Assembly (NCBI GenBank): GCA_964016885.1
Contig: OZ024740.1
Coordinates: 306,094,001-306,158,000 of the forward strand
DNA length: 64,000 bases
Reading direction: 5' to 3'
From: Eledone cirrhosa
Taxonomy: Eukaryota
In this document: positions 60,040 through 64,000 of the stretch, in pieces
How the letters are laid out: every line of letters begins with the position of its first letter
Position numbering within the stretch: the stretch's first letter is position 1
Position numbers and translations under genes: made by a program
The notes under the pieces: generated by a model
Seen by the model: only the letters and a program-made list of their open reading frames with translations
Database searches by the model: none
Told to the model about the DNA's origin: nothing

Positions 60040-60617
60040 TTGCATCACCAGTCTGGAACCCCTATCTTGCTCAGAACATTGACCGCCTGGAAACTGTTCA
60101 GAGACGTGCAACCAAGTGAATACTCTCCATCAGGCATCCACCATACTCTGAACACCTTGCTTCCCTGGACATGGATACATTGAAGCTCCAACATCTGGCA
60201 ACTGACTTGGTAAACACCCACAAAATTATTAACCATCTTGCCAACAACAACCCTGAGTACCTTTTTGATTTCCATGTGTCTAACACACGTGGGCATGCCC
60301 ACAAAGTCAGAAAACAGCACAGCTCCCATGACTTTCGGAAACATTTTTTCACGCTCAGAGTTGCTGAAGCATGGAACAAACTACCTGCATCAGTTGTTAG
60401 CTGTTGAGACACTGCATCCTTTAAAACCTCCATGCTTCCTGAGATTTGCCAACACTACACCTAATAGTTTCCCCTCCATACACATGCACACATGTATATC
60501 ATGACTCATACACTATTCACTTCCCTGACATTTGTATATTATTCTATGTACTATACATGCAACTTTGACGAGTTGTAGTGCACCTGAGCACTGTACACAA
60601 TAATTTCATTATTATTA
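60040..60617 (+). mobile_element. CR1-clade LINE 3' fragment, second copy
   Basis: Nearly identical to 44242-44820; NTRGHAHKVRKQ..FFTLRVAEAWNKLP; (ATT)n tail. Confidence 0.9.
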
Positions 60618-63600
60618 TGATGATAGGGATCATCATCACCATTGTCATCATTGTTTTAATGCCCACTTTCCCTGTTAGCAAGAGTTGGACATATATATAT
60701 AACCCTTTATCATTTACATTACTCTATATTTACTATCATATTTTTATGGTAAAGGCTTTACTACACATAATTACCTCACATAATATCGAATCTATGAGTT
60801 TTTGATATTATTTATTTTGAGAACAATACCTTAACATCAGTATACACAGCTGGTTACAGTCGGTTTGAACAGAAAGAGGTGAGAGGATTCTGGCCAGATG
60901 TGGCCAGTTTAAATGCTAAAGGGTTAAAGAAGCATGTGAGAAAGATGGCAGATTTAGTTTTCATTAGAAGATCAGGAATGGGAAAAAAAATTTCCATTAT
61001 AATATCTCCAATAACATTCTGAATGTTATTAGGGATATTATAATACTTCTGAAGCATACCATAGCTATAACTCTTAACATCCTGTACAACATGAAATTGC
61101 ATTAACAAGCCATTCTTAAAAAGTACAAAACAGCTCTATGATTGCAATACATTCAAAATTAAACTATCACAATACTACAAATTTTCACAATGATTTGTCA
61201 ACCAGTATAGTTACTATAAGCAACATTTTCTGCTAAACTATTACAGGGTGGGTGATAAGAGTTAAGTTAGCACTATACCATGAAGTAACAAGTAATATAC
61301 AATATACAAGCAAAAACTGTATTTGAAGATTTAGAAATATTTATAATATAAAAAATATACTCTCAGGTCATAAATAATAGGGCATGTTGGAATAAGCGGG
61401 AGGGAGCCTTGGAAAATCAGTAATTTTTCTAGTCTATCTGCATTAATTGAGTTTTTTAAAAACCAGAATTAGTCGTTTAGTTTGCATATTGAGACTCTAA
61501 TCCATCCTATTTATTTTATAACATATGGGATTTCTTGTAATGTTTTTTTTTTTTTTTGTCATGTATAATGTTTTTTAATGTCTAAAGAAAATTAATTATT
61601 GCAGGAATGTTACCACTTAAAATAAAATTTCGCCAGAAATAGATTAGCAAAATTTAATAAGCAGGAGGGTTGGAATAAGAGCGGGGAGTATCTGAAAAAT
61701 TATTAAGCGGACACACACACATGATTATTCAAGACCCGAGAGTAGTTATTTCTTTTGAAGGTGTAGAAAGGCAACTGAGAAAGGTAGAGTCCATTCTTGC
61801 TTAGATACATTTCAGAAAACTGGTTGGATGAGACAATGATAGTGCTGGAAAGATTTATGCACAGAGTGATACAACAGACTGTGGGGAAAAAATGAAGATA
61901 TAATTTACAGCTCACACATATGCAGTTTTAGTAGGCCTCATATGAGGGTTCTCAGGTATTTTTGTTCCTCTTGTTTCAAATTTCTTATGAAAGATACTAC
62001 CTAGAATTTTCAAATCATTTTGAAAATAATCAAGAATTTGGAGAGATTTTGTATAACTTCATGGAACATTTGGAACATACCTTAAATGTTCTTATATAAA
62101 ATTATGATGGAAGATTTTCATGTAAAACATTATAAAAAGTTTCATATTATAGAACCAGAGCTGGTTTCAGGAGGTTTGGCATGAAAAGGGTTAAAGATTG
62201 ACATGTCTACTACACTACAAATCACCAGACTTAGCACTACTAAATTTAACCTCATAAGTTCTCCCACATCTTATCCTTTTCAATAGATATCCTCTGATAG
62301 CATAACACTTTTTTACTTAAATATTAAACAGTATACACATGCCAGTAATGGGTCTTCTACAATGTCAGTCACTTGAATAGCAAATATATCAGTTAAATCA
62401 CCATTACTAAATACTCTGCTATCTTAACCCTTCAGCATTTAAACCAGCTGTATCCAGCCAGAATTCTCTCACCTCTTTTTGTTCAAACCGGCCGTAACTG
62501 GCCACTCATACTGATGTTAAGATATTGTTCTCAAAATGAATAATATCAAAATCTCATAGATTCGACAATATGTGAGATAAAGCCTTTATCGTGAAAATAC
62601 AATAGTAAATATAGAGTAATGTAAATACTAAAGGGTTAAACAAAAAAGGAGATATGTGATTAACTAAGAGAAGTTGGCCTTAGGTAAAACACTGACCAAA
62701 TAAAATTTAACTAAAACCAATATTCCACATCTTACAAAACATACCATACATAGTACTGTTTTTGAATAATCTTTAAACCTTTTGATACAAAGTTGCTCTT
62801 GGTTTTACAATACAAACTGCTTGTTTTAAAGTGTTTATATTTATAAAAAAAACCTTCCATCATAATTTTATAAGAACCTTTGTAAAGTATGTTCTAAACA
62901 CCAGCTTAATAATTGTTTCTACTTTTGGCACAAGGTCAGCAATTACCCAGTGCATTACTGGTACTTTATTTTATTGACCCCCGTAAGGATGAAAGGCAAA
63001 GTTAACCTCGGTGTGATTTGAACGCAGAACGTAAAGGGCCATAACTATGCTGCAAAGCATGGTGTCTGACGCCCTACTGATACTACCAGCTTAATGAGAG
63101 TTAGTTATTTTCTACTAAACCCCCACCAAATTCTTGATTTTAAAAATGACTTGAAAACCAATGCTTTTCATTAGAAATGTGGTTATGAAAGGGTTTAATA
63201 AGCTCACTAAGGGAAGTGAATAAAAAAAGAAGTGGGATTAACACATCAAGTAAACTGAGTAATTATTCCTTCTAGAAGGAAAAACCATGTGTAGCATATG
63301 TAGGGAGTGGCAGTGATAACATGGATAAAGCTTTCAAAATGTCAGTGTGTATAGAAAGAAACATTTCTAATCTAATGTTCATGGTGCCAAAAATCTAATT
63401 ACAACAAATGCGAAATATAGCTAATTAAAAATAACCTCTGTTGTATTTCAACATTTTCTGAAGCATATATAATAGGGAGGCACATAGGTTGCAACATTAA
63501 ACTAAGACACTACTAACTAAAAGGTATTGAGTTCAACTATTTCTACAGCTAAAGGAAGGCACATTACTTGCCTCAACTTGATTGATGAGAGAATTCAAGG

Positions 63601-64000
63601 TTAGTTACAGTAATCTGTACAGCTCTTCCGCTTAACTCAGACAGCATGACAAACAGCAAGTGCCAATCCTACTTCATAGATAAAGGTTAGTGTTAGAGTT
63701 TAAACCTTGCTATAACTAAGCAAACCATGTTACTTGGCTTACCAAATTTAATTAGGTAGAAAATGGCATCATTTTAACTTCAGAATTAAGCTGTTAATGT
63801 CATCTAACTATTAATTTGCAAATATTCAAATTTATAAAAGACACCTTTAATTATAGCAAAATGAAAAATAATGAATGAACCAAACCTGATAAGGAGGGTA
63901 CAGAATGAACTTCTCTTGGTTGGAGGGAAAATTTATTCTGTCCCTGACTAGGTGTACCCAACACATTTGACCTGGGTGGACTATCAATAATGATTTCTCT

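Overview
AT-rich, repeat-dense eukaryotic DNA. The SINE/LINE/microsatellite repertoire suggests a coleoid cephalopod such as Octopus (inference). Three spliced genes were assembled by eye. (1) Archease/ZBTB8OS is complete on the minus strand (9 coding exons, 21070->4108, 155 aa), with an 11-nt micro-exon followed by a U12-type (minor spliceosome) intron. (2) An IQCC orthologue is complete on the plus strand (4 exons, 21166->35859, 260 aa); its ATG lies only 95 nt from the archease ATG, head-to-head. (3) The last two large exons (59523->56836, minus) of an unidentified Pro/Ser/Gln-rich protein. Introns and intergenic DNA hold RTE, CR1 and Penelope-like retroelement fragments, tRNA-derived SINEs, TTAA- and TA-flanked MITEs, a Merlin transposase fold-back and minisatellites. 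The most unusual structure is a cluster of minimal hammerhead-ribozyme motifs in IQCC intron 1. It includes a 388-bp near-perfect palindrome carrying one hammerhead on each strand. Almost all short ORFs in the supplied track are repeat or microsatellite artefacts. Identities and repeat boundaries are estimated by eye.
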